Source: Podarcis tiliguerta
Lineage: Eukaryota
Length of the DNA stretch: 64,000 bases
Reading direction: 5' to 3' (one strand)
NCBI GenBank assembly: GCA_965153285.1
Contig: OZ229112.1
Position 1 is the stretch's first letter; each line of letters opens with the position of its first letter. This document shows, one piece after another, positions 13,118 through 27,649 of the stretch. The notes under the pieces are model-generated. The model saw only the letters and a list, made by a program, of their open reading frames with translations, was not told the origin of the DNA and ran no database searches. The translations under genes and the position numbers were made by a program.

Positions 13118-14511
13118 AATCACATCTTAGAAAGCAAACGCTGAATTATGTTTCAACACTCTTCTACATAGACTGTAAATAGAGTGTAAATAGAATAGCA
13201 GAACAGCCAAACAAAGGTCTGGGCTATACCCTTTCTTCCCCTGTGCTCGTTAGCCGCCTGCCAGGAGGTGATTTTTTAAAAATGGTGATGAGATTTTTGA
13301 AGTGGTATTCCCTCAACTGCAGTCAAATCTGCACTAAAATGCGGATGAATTTTCATGAGGACATTTTAAAGAGAGAAAAGAAATGCAAACTGATCCTGAA
13401 ATGTGGAGAACTGAACTTAAGAATGAGGTAAAAAAAGGAGAAACTGAGAGAAACTGAAAGTAACTGTAAATGAATTCTCGCATTTGTGTGATGATGATGG
13501 AGAGCTAGCCTAGCCTATCAGTTTGGTGAAGCAGTTGGCATTTTTATTTCATTTTTGAATTTATGACTTGCTGCTGGGTTTAAATTATCAGCATCCAGCT
13601 AATATGCGTCGCTTGCGGACTTAATTTGTTTTCTGCTGTATTAAATTAGTCATGCAACAGCAGCAGAAAATATTGGACTGTGTAGCAATTGCTGTGGAAA
13701 TCTAGCTGCCCTGACGTGCTGCGTGTTAAGAATAATTCTTAAATGCAGATTTGAAAAAATACGTCCTCATATCAGCAAGACATTTTATATTTCAGAGATA
13801 TAAAAGGCACCCAAAGGTATCCAACCCAGACTATGTGTGTCTGGAGTAATGGTCATTACTCTTTTGAGTAATTCGCCCCTGAGCTGATTGTCTCTTGATA
13901 GAAAACATTTTCCCCTTTAAGAAGAGAAGTCCTTTCCCCACCCTCTATAGCAAATTGCAATATAGGCTGATGTGCTCAGGGGACACACAGAGTCACTGAC
14001 AACCTGTGAAGTCTTCCTTCATTTGCATTTTGGTCAAAGCTTCTTTTCATGGTGCTTTTGGGCTCCATCAAGCCTAGGCAGCATGGCCAGTGGTGATGGA
14101 TAACGGGAGCTGGAGTCCAGCAATGCCTGGAGGGCCACAGACACAAATGAGATCCAAAAGGCTTTCTACCTTAGTTGCAACATTGATACTTCAGTGCTGC
14201 CATTCACACCCTGAGGGATCTCACTGTTGTTCTGCTGCCATTCTACAGGAGGTATTTCATCCATCGTCTTGTTTACAATGCTGAGCACAAAGCTTTATCA
14301 TCTGTCCTCAGGGTCGGTCCAGGGCATTTTGCTATGTGAGGCAGACCAGCAAATGGCACCCTCCCAAGATGCATTGTACCCCTGAAATACAAATCATTGG
14401 TTTTAAAGGTTTGTGTGGGATCCACAACAAAATGTTGCCTTGTGGAGTACTCCAGTTTGTGGTACCAGTCCATCAGCTAGCCATGCTTTCTTTCTTTCCC
14501 TCTCTCCCATA

Positions 14512-14515
<4 letters not shown>

Positions 14516-14575
<60 letters not shown>

Positions 14576-14577
14576 AC
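14516..14577. repeat. Compound (CT)n(CA)n microsatellite
   Basis: Directly visible. Confidence 0.95.
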
Positions 14578-14663
14578 CACAGACCAAACCGTTTCTGCTG
14601 CACAGAACACCGTGACAAGTGCCAGAGCACACAGAAACGCCGTTTGCCTTTCCACTGCAGCTA

Positions 14664-15038
14664 GGGAGCGGGTGGCGCTGTAGTCTAAACCACTGAGCCT
14701 TTTGTTTTGGCCTGCCGATCAGGAGATCGGCAGTTCAAGTCTGCACAACAGGGTGAGCTCCAGTTGCTCTGTCTCAGCTCCTGCCAACCTAGCAGTCCGA
14801 AAGCATACCAGTGCAAATAGTCCACTGTGGCAGGAAGTTAAATGGGGTTTCTGTGCACTCTGGCACTCATCACAGTGTCCTGTTGCACCAGAAGCAGTTT
14901 AGTCATGCTGACCCCATGACCCAGGAAGCTGTCTGCGGACAAACGCCGGCTCCTTTGGCCTGAAAGCGAGATAAGCACCACACCCCATAGTCAAGTTTGA
15001 TTGGACTTAGCCGTCCAGGGGTTCTTTACTTTTACCTT
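14664..15038 (+). mobile_element. Sauria SINE (divergent subfamily), preceded by a short inverted SINE fragment at about 14590-14660
   Basis: Head gggagcgggtggcgctg, core ctcctgccaacctagcag, tail ctttacttttacc. Confidence 0.88.
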
Positions 15039-15184
15039 GTTAACAGTAGCTTAATTCCACACCCCACCCCATGCTCCTCATACCCTTAGCAGCAACTCCA
15101 TAGTGAGGAATTAGCAAGCAAAGCATTTATTATCTGCTAATGTCTGCATGGTCAAGCTGCTGTTAAAGTCAGATTACTTTCCTG

Positions 15185-15185
<1 letters not shown>

Positions 15186-15233
<48 letters not shown>
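15186..15233. repeat. (GT)n microsatellite
   Basis: Directly visible; others near 21222 and 22420. Confidence 0.95.
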
Positions 15234-15236
<3 letters not shown>

Positions 15237-16019
15237 TGCTCAGGGAACTGAAATGCCATTGTGCCCATGTTGTCTAGGCCACAAGTTCAAATTCAGCTCA
15301 AAGCCTCTATTGTTTCATTACTTTTCCATCACAAGCGACGAATGACTCAGTTGGTCTCCATATAGATGATGGGATGAATGCCTGCCCCATAAACCTCTGC
15401 AGCATGGAGTGGCAGGCATGTTTGACTCCAGGACACAAAGTTGGCATTGACTGACATCGACCCTTCTTCTCTAGGTGACCCTCCTCCTAGACACAGCTGT
15501 GACAAGAGCCTTTGAAAATGAGAATTGCTGAGCAGCTCAAAATCCAAGATGGATAAAATGTTAAAATTGCAGTGCAGAATGTGGGGAGGGAAGAATAGAG
15601 ACACACACTGAAATTAATGGCACTTAAGTTAGTTCTGTCTCGCTTGCCTATTGATTTTTGTGTGTGTGTGTGTACTGGGTTGTAGCTTCAATGCACTCTG
15701 TCAGCAGAACCAAAAGAGCATCATTACCTTCTTTTTTTCCTTTTAGAAGAAGGGGTAATTGTACGCCAAGCTGAGATCTGCTTCTGCCATCGTTTATATT
15801 GGGCAGAATCCAGCCAGAGGTAAACACCATTAAGTCAAACTGATTCCAACAGAAGAGAACCTGCTGCCAGGACACCATATTAAGATTACCCGATTTTTTT
15901 CAGTGAAACTGGAGACACTTTTCAACTTCAATGGATTTTGTATGAGGACTGATTTGTAAATCCGGGGACTGTCCCCAGGAAACGGGGACGTCTGGTAACC
16001 TCTTACACCATATACAGTC

Positions 16020-16328
16020 AGTGGCATGTCAGCCGTCTGAATCCCCGCGACGGGGTGAGCTCCCATTGTTCGGTCCCTGCTCCTGCCAACCTAGCATTTC
16101 GAAAGCACGTCAAAGTGCAAGTAGATAAATAGGTACCTCTCCAGCGGGAAGGTAAACGGCGTTTCCGTGCGCTGCTCTGGTTCGCCAGAAGCAGCTTAGT
16201 CATGCTGGCCACATGACCCAGAAGCTGTCTGCGGATAAACGCCGGCTCCATTGGCCAGTAAAGCGAGATGAGCGCTGCAACCCCAGAGTCGTCCACGTCT
16301 GGACTTAACGGTCAAGGGTCCCTTTACT
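16020..16328 (+). mobile_element. Sauria SINE, 5'-truncated
   Basis: Core gaaagcacgtcaaagtgcaagtagataaataggtacc, tail ggtccctttac. Confidence 0.92.
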
Positions 16329-16394
16329 GCTGTGGATTTTCACCGAACGGTGGCCCTTCCCTATCATCAGCCCCAGCCAGCAAGGTCAATATAT

Positions 16395-17260
16395 TATTTT
16401 TTTATTCAAAATTATAACAAGACATATTATCCAAAAACATAACATCCTTGTTCCCCCCCCCCCATTTTTCCTCCCCCCCCCCCGACTTCATAGAATCATA
16501 GAGTTGGAAGAGACCACAAGAGCCATCGAGTCCAACCCCCTGCCAAGCAGGAAACACCATCAGAGCACTCCTGACATATGGTTGTCAAGCCTCTGCTTAA
16601 AGACCTCCAAAGAAGGAGACTCCACCACCCTCCTTGGCAGCAAATTCCACTGTCGAACAGCTCTTACTGTCAGGAAGTTCTTCCTAATGTTTAGGTGGAA
16701 TCTTCTTTCTTGTAGTTTGGATCCATTGCTCCGTGTCTGCTTCTCTGGAGCAGCAGAAAACAACCTTTCTCCCTCCTCTATATTTGAACTAGTTTTGTAC
16801 ATTTTCCCTAACTGCACTGGTGTTGTGTACCATCTATACATCATCTTCATGTAATTCTCCTTCAGTAGGGAACAATCTGTAAATTTTAAGTCAGTTTTCC
16901 ATATTTTTTCCCAATCATCCATCATAATGTTGTGACCTACATCTTGTGCCCATTTAATCATAACTGATTTTACCTCTTCATCGTTCATCTACCATTCTAA
17001 TAGTATGCTGTATGCGACCTTCAGTAGTTTCACTTTCTCTTCAATCACTTCCGTTTGAAACCTAGATCTAGTATAACTAAATCCTTTCTTACTGTCTTCT
17101 TTGTGTGTTTCATATAGTTGTCGATAATGCAACCAACTCTGAAAGTGGTCTTTGATCTCATCATAATCTCTTAATTTCCATCATGTTCCTTTAACAAATC
17201 AGCATATGTGAGCCATTTTCCTTTCTTTCCAAGTGGTTTGAGCAGTAATGCTTCAAGGTC
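16395..17260 (-). mobile_element. L1-type LINE fragment, interrupted by CR1
   Basis: MIKWAQDVGHNIMMDDWEKIWKTDLKFT...ENYMKMMYRWYTTP (16780-16988); 3'UTR and poly-T remnant at 16395-16488. Confidence 0.75.
16489..16782 (-). mobile_element. CR1 LINE 3' end
   Basis: [50 protein letters not shown]; (ATTCTATG)-type terminal repeat. Confidence 0.93.
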
Positions 17261-17410
17261 AATAATTAGGGGTGGTGGCCAATTCGGTTCTTGACTTATT
17301 ATCATCAGACTCAAATTTAAACAATAACCTTAAATGCAGAAATTTAGTACTTTCCCCCCTATTATCAGCAGCCTGTTTAACAATAGCCCAGTACTAGAAA
17401 CAACCTATAG

Positions 17411-17707
17411 CAGGGGTCTGCAACCCGTGGCTCCGGAGCCGCATGTGGCTCTTTTACACCTTTGCCGCATTGTGCGCCCCAACACACCCCACTGTGGCAG
17501 GCGCTGTACTGGCTGTGACGTCGCATGGGGGCGGTGCGTGCGTTAGTCACCTTCCCGCCCGCTGTCAGATCGGACATTAAGGTAAGAAACAATATATGAA
17601 GTGTTATATTTGTTTTAAATGTCGCAATGGTTTTGCGGCTCTCAGTGTTTTTTTCTTCGGAAACGGGTCCAAGTGGCTCTTTTTGTCTTAAAGGTTGCAG
17701 ACCCCTG
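17411..17707. mobile_element. hAT (Charlie-type) non-autonomous DNA transposon
   Basis: TIR caggggtctgcaacc / ggttgcagacccctg; perfect 8-bp TSD acctatag at 17403-17410 and 17708-17715. Confidence 0.93.
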
Positions 17708-17775
17708 ACCTATAGAAATCCCCATTGAAATCTGGTTAAATAGTATTTGGAATGTAGCTCTAGCGGAACACCTTA

Positions 17776-17973
17776 TAGTGGTACCTCGGGTTAAGAACTT
17801 AATTTGTTCTGGAGGTCCGTTCTTAACCTGAGGTATCACTTTAGCTAATGGGGCCTCCTGCTGCCGCCACACGATTTCTGTTCTCATCCTGAAGCAAAGT
17901 TCTTAACCCGAGGTACTATTTCTGGGTTAGCAGAGTCTGTAACCTGAAGCGTCTGTAACCCGAGGTACCACTG
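17776..17973. mobile_element. Tc1/mariner (Tigger-like) MITE
   Basis: TIR (c)agtggtacctcggg...cccgaggtaccactg, TA on both sides. Confidence 0.9.
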
Positions 17974-18417
17974 TACTTGCCACACAAGGGTAATTAAAGG
18001 CACTTCAAGGACAGACACTTTTGGCGAGACTTGGCTTCCATTCTTTTCCTTTATAAATGAGACAGAAGAGTGTTTCATTCCACCCACAACGCAAGTATCT
18101 CTGTGGAGAGGATACTTGAATTGATAATGCATAAATAAAACATATTGCTTGTGTAGTGTCATGCATATGAAACTTAATAGAGACTGTACCACCGGACAAG
18201 TTACTGCTGTTATATGTTGCTATTGCATTTACATGAAAACCAATAAAAAATATTTGGGGGAAAATAATTAGGGGTGATGGGAGTTGTATGATCCTAGAGG
18301 GATGTAAGTTAGCAGCTCCTGATTTAATTCCACCTCCTTTTGTACTGGCTGGACTCTTTTGCCTTTAAGAGTTCAATGACTAGAGGCTTGTCTACACACC
18401 ACAGTTTACTGTGTTCC

Positions 18418-18683
18418 TAGAATCATAGAGTTGGAATAGACCACAAGGGCCATCAAGTCCAACCCCCTGCCAAGCAGGAAACACCATCAGAGCACTCCTG
18501 ACATATGGTTGTCAAGCCTCTGCTTAAAGACCTCCAAAGAAGGAGACTCCACCACACTCCTTGGCAGCAAATTCCACTGTCGAACAGCTCTTACTGTCAG
18601 GAAGTTCTTCCTAATGTTTAGTTGGAATCTTCTTTCTTGTAGTTTGGATCCATTGCTCCGTGTCCGCTTCTCTGGAGCAGCAG
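18418..18683 (-). mobile_element. CR1 LINE 3' end
   Basis: About 6 differences from the copy at 16489 over about 265 bp; imperfect TSD ctgt(g)ttccta. Confidence 0.93.
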
Positions 18684-18954
18684 CTGTTTCCTATTTAATT
18701 TGTGCAGTCCACATGCTGTTACTCTCAAACACCACCAGTCTTGATGCTTCCCCCCTTTAAATTTAGGTTTACCCAATATGGGGATAATCGGATAAATTGG
18801 GAGAAATCGGGTTCCAAAATGCTCCACCCAGAGTTGCATGCTGTGCTGCTGTAGCGCTGATATTCATGTCCATACAGTTCCAGTGGGCATCTGCGCTAGC
18901 TTTTGCACATGGCCACAAGCAGTAAAAGAACAAAACAAACTGATCTGAAATCAT

Positions 18955-19204
18955 TTCATAGAATTGGAAGGGACCGCAAAGGGACATTTAGTCCAACCCC
19001 CTGCAAGGCAGCCCAGCCAGACGGGTGAGGTATAAAGGCAATGCAACCCAGCCAGATGTGGCTGGGGTATAAATAATAAAATTATTATTATTATTATTAT
19101 TGTTATTATTAGCCATCCAACCTCTGCTTAAAAACCTCCAAGGAAGGAGACTCCACCACCTCTTGTGGAAATCTGTTCCACTGTCCAACAGCTCTTACAG
19201 TCAA
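18955..19204 (-). mobile_element. CR1 3' fragment with an inserted L2-type tail ((TTA)n at about 19013-19110)
   Basis: [31 protein letters not shown]; insert cccagccagatg...ggtataaataataaa(att)n. Confidence 0.75.
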
Positions 19205-19957
19205 ATTCAAATTCAGTAATAAATTCTCCACTAGGTTTCTCCCTGGAGTAAGCTTCTCATCCCCAGCTGAAATGAGATGCCTTTCTGGAAGAAGGCAGAG
19301 AGGGAAAGCTGCTGACACAAGCAGTCCTACTCCCTCCATGCTGGCACTCCCCATGTCTGTCCCATGCTGACTCACTCTCTGCAGTGACATTATGATGAGT
19401 GATCCGAAAGCCTCGTGTCTCCTCCGTACGGAACGCCCTTCGGAATGAGAGTGCCGTTATTCTCGGCCAGCTAAGCCTCCTTTTCCCAGTGGCCCTGGGA
19501 GATTAATTCCCTGCCCTAGTTTTGGCCCTCTTGTACAAGCAGCAGGGCTGCCTGCACGCTAGGCGGAAGCTGTTGTCTGACTGTATTTTTTGCATCTGCT
19601 GCGTCATAATATTGTGGCTCAGTTCACTTCCAGTTATCTGTGTCAGGCGTCCAAATGAGCAGATTTCAAACTTCTGGGGCTTTGCCTGATGCTGAAAACT
19701 TAAGGTACATACAGATGTACCTGCAAGCAAAAGTACGTGTGGGTTTTTCTGCTGTGGGGTGAGAATCTTGTTCTCCCCTGTTCCCCGCTCCTCAAAACAG
19801 ACATCTGTATAAAATCTAACCTCCACATAAGCTTTCTGCAAGTAAATCAGGATGAGTGCTCAACAAACAGGCTGTCTGGAAGGGCCCGATTTCTCTGCTG
19901 CCACCATTTCAAAGGATTGCATGTGCCTAAACATTATGTTTTTAAATGGCCACAGAA

Positions 19958-20093
19958 CAGGCATAGGCAAACTCGGCCCTCCAGATGTTTTGGGACTACA
20001 ACTCCCATCATCCCTAGTTAACAGGATCAGTGGTCAGGAGTGATGGGAGTTGTGGTCTTAAAACATCTGGAGGGCCGAGTTTGCCTATGCCTG
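19958..20093. mobile_element. Palindromic hAT-type MITE
   Basis: Near-perfect fold-back caggcataggcaaactcggccctccagatg...catctggagggccgagtttgcctatgcctg; imperfect 8-bp TSD; relatives at about 4510, 24190, 24490, 26096, 29270 and 30680. Confidence 0.85.
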
Positions 20094-21519
20094 CCATAGA
20101 GAAAGATAGGCAGAGTACTTTTTACCTTGCCTACCCTACAAAAGCACTTTGCACTCAAGTAAAAGGAGCCAAAGCAGCTTTGAGAATGCACAGTCTGCTC
20201 TGCCACAAACATACTGGGGACAAGTTTGTGCTAGCAGTGTTTTGCAGCGTGTAAATGCCCTGGAAGAAAGGCGAATGGGGAACTCTTAAGAACTGAACGG
20301 GATGTGTAACAGCCTTGAACTGTTACCCCCCTCACAATAGGACACAAATTACTAAAACACGAAGGGCTGCTTCCTTCTCTTGAGCCACAAAACAAGCAGA
20401 GATATCCACAGCAATGCTATTGCCCGACTGCCCTCTGGGGTATTACTCTCGAAACTGTGCGCTTTAAATTGTTAACAGATCTGCCTGCAAGAAAGCATAT
20501 TAATTATACTCGAGTGAATCCACAGAGAGGCGTAACCACACCACATCCCTAGGCTGTTTGCAAAGCTTCAGTCAGAAACTGGGAGTCAGCACATGGATCA
20601 GACCGTCTGAACATTTTTATCAAAGAGCCAGAGGCAGGGAGGCCTCTTCTGCACTTGATGAGCCATGCACTTGGCCGGGATATATTTGAACAACTTCACA
20701 AAGTATTTACAAAGCGTCCTTCATGGACTGGGGAAGAAGCAGAGATCCAGTCAGATTCTGTACTTTTGAAGGCCTATGGAAAGAAATTGCAGTTGCCAAG
20801 TGGTTACAGCATCGTACGTGAAACCCCAGAAGGGGAAATTCATTTTCCTTTAAAGGCAGGGGCGGGGCAGCACCAATTCAAATGAGAAAAAGACAAGGAG
20901 GCAAACCCCAAACAAACGCACTGGTGAAGCAGCACCCCAGCAGGGTGGAACTCCACCCTCCAGACCCATCAGCTGACCTTACCCAGTGATGTCAGCTGAC
21001 TGGCAGGCAGGCAGGGTTTAGGGGGAAAATAGCCTCATGGTCCAACCATCTTGGTCTATGGGCTGAAGGTTCCCCACACATTTTTAAAAAGTAAAGCATT
21101 CAACAGTATTGTTTTCTTTCAGGGCAAGAGACATTCATGGGCAGAAAGTGAAATGTTGCTTCTGTGAGGAAAAGTTGGTCTTATGTGAAAACATGCCAAT
21201 TGCAATTATGTAATTTGGAGGGTGTGTGTGTGTGTGTGTGTGTACATACCCATCCACTCCTGCAATCCTGTGGTCCCTGTGATTTTTGTGGGTATATTCT
21301 GCAATATTCTATTGATGCAGTAATAGTGAATTGGTGTCGGATTTCTACTGGCCCATCCACACACCATTCTGCCTTAGCAGTTGTTCTGCAATGCTTCCCC
21401 CAATATTACTCCAGGGTCTGTGTTCTAAATTACCCACTTGATGGTCAGATGGGAAAGAGTTCTCACCACCCCTTCTTAGCACAGAAGTAATTTTACTTTG
21501 CTGCTGTTACTTTGCTGCT

Positions 21520-21571
21520 GGGATACCCAGCCAGATGGACAGGGTATAAATAATAAATAATAAAAGTACAC

Positions 21572-21611
<40 letters not shown>
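21520..21611 (+). mobile_element. L2-type LINE 3' tail with (ATT)n
   Basis: cccagccagatggacagggtataaataataaa followed by (att)n, the same tail as at 19013. Confidence 0.65.
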
Positions 21612-21612
<1 letters not shown>

Positions 21613-22417
21613 CAATGCAGAAAAGGTGATCCCTCATGAGATCTCCATCATTATATGCTCTAACCATGTTGTCTCCCATTTCATTGCTCCTAGCTGTCCA
21701 GTAAACCACGGATTGCTGGCTGCTGAGAAGACAAGAGCCTAGGAGTGATGGTGACCCCAACCAATAAGTCACCCACCTATTCCACATGAGAATAATGAAT
21801 GAAAACAGGCTGACTGAATGAAAATAAAATGCCCAAAGCTGTTTTACATTGCCTCTGCTGCAAGGAAACACTCTGCTCAAATAGGCCTCTTTTTCACAAA
21901 TAGCCAATCCATACGGAAGAGATTTCGCCATTCCCCACTTGGTCACCAAAGATCAGATACTTACAAAACGTTTTATGAAGTACCATCTGGTCGATTTATT
22001 TCATGCTAAAACTTGCGTTTCTCTCCATCACCCGCTAAAAAGAATTTACACAAATGAGGGGACAACGAAACCTGAAAAGCTCTGGACCGCCTTCTGAAAC
22101 TTTTAAAAACAACACAGCTTTGTGGAAAAAATAAATAAATACCAGAATGTGTTCAACCACAAATTTAAGAAGAGAGGAAACAATTGTCCTTGTAGTTGAT
22201 CTGGCTATTGTCCAAAATGTCTCAAAACAGCCCTGTGACTTGGCAGGGCGGGCGAGCAAAGGGGAGACCCTCTCTCTCCACCTTCCTCACCTCTAATCCT
22301 TTCAGAGCAGCTCATAACGGACTTTAAAAGAAGACCGAAATCCATGCACAGGATAAACCGACTGGTACACTTGTTTATCGCAGGAGTCCAGTGAATTGGT
22401 GCCAGTTAAGACTTGTA

Positions 22418-22450
<33 letters not shown>

Positions 22451-22452
22451 GC

Positions 22453-23420
<968 letters not shown>

Positions 23421-25728
23421 GCTGTTTTGGAAGAAGATGGGGGCTCTGGGGGAGGGTTTTTAAAACCCTTTCCTCTGCTAATCATCTTTCCCACCCTCCA
23501 CTGTCACACATCCTCCCCCAAGCTGGGATGGTGGAAAAGGTGGAATGGAGAAAAACTTCTAAAGAAAAGTTATGTAGTAGCAGTAGTAATAAATAATGGC
23601 AGCGGTTACATACACAGGAGGATATTTTAGAAAGGAAATCTCTGCATTATCCACATTTTTATTAACCCTGATTATGCGCTTCTTTTTCTTTTTCTGTACA
23701 AAAACATAAATGCAACAATATATTTGTATAAAATTTCTCTGTCCTTTAGCAAGGCAATTCTGTGTGCGTCCCCTCAAGCAGGCTCCGCCGAATTCATGAG
23801 GATTTCCCACCAGCCAAGCTGGTTGCAGGATCACAGCCTAAAAAATTCTTGTCAGCAGGCCATGTGGCTGCAATCCTAAACACAGTTGTTATAAGAGAGC
23901 CCTTATGTAGGTAGCGGGCCGCCTTTTCTTCATAAAGGGATCCATTCCGATTCACCCATCTCTCCGGCTTTTCCAACATCCCGGTTTGGGGTGGGTGGTG
24001 GGAGCAATTATTAACAGATGAAAGGGTTAAAACCCCTCTTAAAGAGCCCAGTGCTCTTTCAAGTAGCTGCCTGGGTGGGGCTGCCATGTAGTTTTGCTCT
24101 GAAAGTTGATCATAATAGCTCTCAACAGGAGCCATACAAGATATTCCACAAGAAGGCCATAGAACCAGGATGCAAGAGTCTGAGTGGACCTCCAAGTGTT
24201 TGTGGACTACAACTCCCATCATCCCCTGACTGTTAGCCAGCGTAAGCAATGCCCATTCTTGCTGTGACCAAGGTTGGGCAGATGCAAAAGACCAGAGGTT
24301 CCTTGAAGCATGGTTCTGCAAAGGAAGGATTCCTTTCGAACACGGCCCCTCATGAAATTTTGGGTTGAATGAAATTAACAAAATAATGCTCATACACAGA
24401 CAGGGCTTGAAAGCTGAGATGTCATACATTGCTGGTGTCAACACTGTTGCATGGCTGTTAGCAGCTGTCAGCATCTAACACACCTTTCGCCAACCTGGTG
24501 CCCTCAAGGTGTTTTGGACTACAATTCCCATGAGCCCTAGCCAACCCTATTGTGTTGGCTGCAGCTGAAGGGAGTTAAGAGACCAAAATGGCCGTGACAG
24601 CTGGGGCTGATGGAAGTTAGGAGTCGGATGACTTCGGGCTGCAATGTCTGTCATTGTGATGATCAGGCTGATGTTCTAATTGCCTCCGGGGATGGGGAGA
24701 TGCATTGATGCTGAGGATAAGAAGTCTGTTTCGGTTTCTAAGCTACAGTGACATCAAATGTTCTCATGACAAGTTAGCTTTCTTTTCCTGAGGTATGAAA
24801 CAAGGGTAGCAGGATTGCTTAATTTCCATGCACACCCTTCTTACACTACCACATTTAACTGAGCACCATCAACCAATTGAAGCATTTGTCTTTAGGGTAT
24901 AACTAGACTTGATACTAAATTCTTCTTTTGCATTTAACATGAGGGATTTTTTTAAAAAAAGAATGCAAATAGTATGAGGTGGGGAAGCTTTTACAGTTAT
25001 GAGGATTGGCTCAGGTGTGGCTTGGCTGAAATCTTGGCTTTTAAGCCCGGGAACAAAAGGCTACTGCAATGACAACATGGAATTGTTAAGACGATATTGA
25101 AATACCATTTCTCGAGATTGAAATACCATGAAGATTTAGGGAGGGTTTAGTAGTTGAAGTCCCATATAATTAGTGGAAGATTATTGACTAAGTGTTGATT
25201 ACATGCTCATTATTAAAGCATGCTAATTGAAGATTATCGCTTGCCGTAAAATACCACATTAATTGTGGCATGTAAACATGCAAGGCCTTCAGAAAGGATT
25301 TCTCTCCCACCTGCATCACTTCAAAGTTGTTTAGATAAACAACCTCTAACGTCTGGTTTGCTATATGCCAAATTACATTTGAATCACTATTCCCTACTAC
25401 TCACTTGGTAAGTCTCTGTACTGTTACCAGCCACGTGACAGGAGGATGCAGCCATGGAGAGAGTGCTTCAACCTGTTGAATGTTTGCCTGCTTAAAATAC
25501 AGGACCTGCCTTTCTTTTTTTCACCTGGCAGGTGGAAGTGAACAAAAAAGTCCACTAAACATGCCACAATAAATGTGTTAGTCTTTAACCAAGACTTTTG
25601 AGTTGGTAGCATATTCCGTGGAAAGACCCAGAGTCTGAAGTGACTTCAGCAAGGGACAAACTGAGCCTACATCTGCTAGTACTGCAAGGTGCTGCTTTAA
25701 TTAAAGGAGCCCTACCTTCTCTAGTAAG

Positions 25729-26080
25729 GGATGCAGGTGGCACTGTGGGTTAAACCACAGAGCCTAGGACTTGCCGATCAGAAGGTTGGCGGTTTGAATC
25801 CCTGTGACGGGGTGAGCTCCTGTTGCTCGGTCCCTGCTCCTGCCCACCTAGCAGTTCGAAAGCACGTCAGAGTGCAAGTAGATAAATAGGTACTGCTCCA
25901 GCGGGAAGGTAAACGGCGTTTCCGTGTGCTGCTCTGGTTCGCCAGAAGCGGCTTAGTCATGCTGGCCACATGACCCAGAAGCTGTATGGTGGCTCCCTCA
26001 GCCAGTAAAGCTAGATGAGTGCCACAACACCAGAGTCGGTCACGACTAGACCAAACAGTCAGGGTTCCCTTTATCTTTAC
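25729..26080 (+). mobile_element. Sauria SINE, full length
   Basis: A/B-box head and Bov-B-like tail; TSD taccttctctagtaag at 25713-25728 and 26078-26093. Confidence 0.95.
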
Positions 26081-26639
26081 CTTCTCTAGTAAGATCAGTG
26101 TTTCCCACACTTTGGTCGCCAGCTGTTGTTGGACTACAACTCTCATGATCCCTAGCTGGCAGAACCAGTGGTCAGGGATAATGGGAATTGTAGTCCCAAA
26201 ACAGGCCCAAGTTTGAAAATACTGCACTGGATGATCCACAGGCTCCCTTCCAACTCTGTGACTCTATGCCTTGAATAAATGTAGGCGCGACTCACTTTTC
26301 TTCTTCCTGCATTTTCATAGATACTCAGAATTCAAAAGGAACGCAAAGGTGGACTGACAATACTGGTAAGTCCCCAAACTTTTAATTATATGTCAACCAG
26401 TTTTGTTAGTGACAGGAAAATGTGCTGGAAAGTGTGGGATAACACTTGTTTAACATGAGTAGGAGAGCACCGGGAGGGCAAGGACACGTGGCCGAGCCCA
26501 GGACTGACCAGAGCCTATTCCGTGGTGCCTAGCACTCCAAGAGAGCAGGCCGGGGCCCAGAGGAAGGTCATGCAACAGAGGAGACCACAGAAGAGAAGAT
26601 ATTACTTCTCTTAAAAAAACAACAACTGGTAACCTTAAT

Positions 26640-26876
26640 TTAGTTCAACCCCCTGCAATGCAGGAATCTCACCTAGATCATACATGACTGGTGCCCATCC
26701 AACCTCTGCTTAAAAACCTCCAAGGAAGGAGAGTCCACTGCCTCTTGTGAAAATCTGTTCCAGTGTCCAACAGTTCTTACTGTCAGAAAGTTATTCCAGA
26801 TGTTTAGTCGGAATCTCCTTGCTTGTAACTTGAATCCATTGGTTCGGCTCCTAGCCTCCGGAGCAGGAGAAAACAT
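26640..26876 (-). mobile_element. CR1 LINE 3' end
   Basis: [51 protein letters not shown]. Confidence 0.9.
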
Positions 26877-27327
26877 CTAACCTCCCCACAAATAAATCAA
26901 AGTCAGTGCCCAATAAACAGGTTGTCTGGAAGTGACGCTGCTTCCTTCTTTCCCAAGATGTCTGCTTTGCCAAATACATTTCCCTTTTACTCTTGAGAGC
27001 ACATAAAGCTTCAATTCCAACATCTTTTACAATGATACTTTCAAAACTAGACTCTAGCTGGTGGCCACTAATTATGACTAGATGAAACTGCATGAAAATG
27101 GCCAGGAATATTGGATATTAATATTTGGGGGGGGGCAGAGTTCCCATGAGTAAAACTCAGCTGCCTGGGGAAAGCAATTTTGGCCATTTCCTCCTCCTTC
27201 CTCTACCCCTATGAAAAACCTCTTCCAGAAATGAAAGGGATCTTCCATTTGCTATAAGCATGTCCTTCTATACGTTCTTCTAATCACTTAATTGCACAGT
27301 TGCTTCAAAAGGCTATTTAAACAAGTA

Positions 27328-27649
27328 AGGTAAAGGTAAAGGGACCCCTGACCATTAGGTCCAGTCGTGACCGACTCTGGGGTTGCGGCGCTCATCTCGC
27401 TTTATTGGCCGAGGGAGCCGGCATACAGCTTCCGGGTCATGTGGCTAACATGATTAAGCCGCTTCTGGTGAATCAGAGCAGCGCACAGAAACGCCGTTTA
27501 CCTTCCCGCCCGAGTGGTACCTATTTATCTACTTGCACTTTGACGTGCTTTCGAACTGCTAGGTTGGCAGGAGCAGGGACCGAGCGAAGGGAGCTCACCC
27601 CATTGCGGGGATTCGAACCGCCGACCTTCTGATCGGCAAGCCTGCGTCC
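27328..27649 (-). mobile_element. Sauria SINE with an internal deletion in the head
   Basis: (GGTAAA)n tail, core; TSD tttaaacaagta at 27316-27327 and 27650-27661. Confidence 0.93.

Noticed and set aside
12746-13123. Poly-Phe/Leu and poly-Lys/Arg ORFs
   Set aside because: Translations of the SINE (CTT)n tail
16489-18683. Segmental duplication suggested by two near-identical CR1 pieces
   Set aside because: Flanks differ, 5' truncation points differ and the second has its own imperfect TSD, so these are independent young insertions
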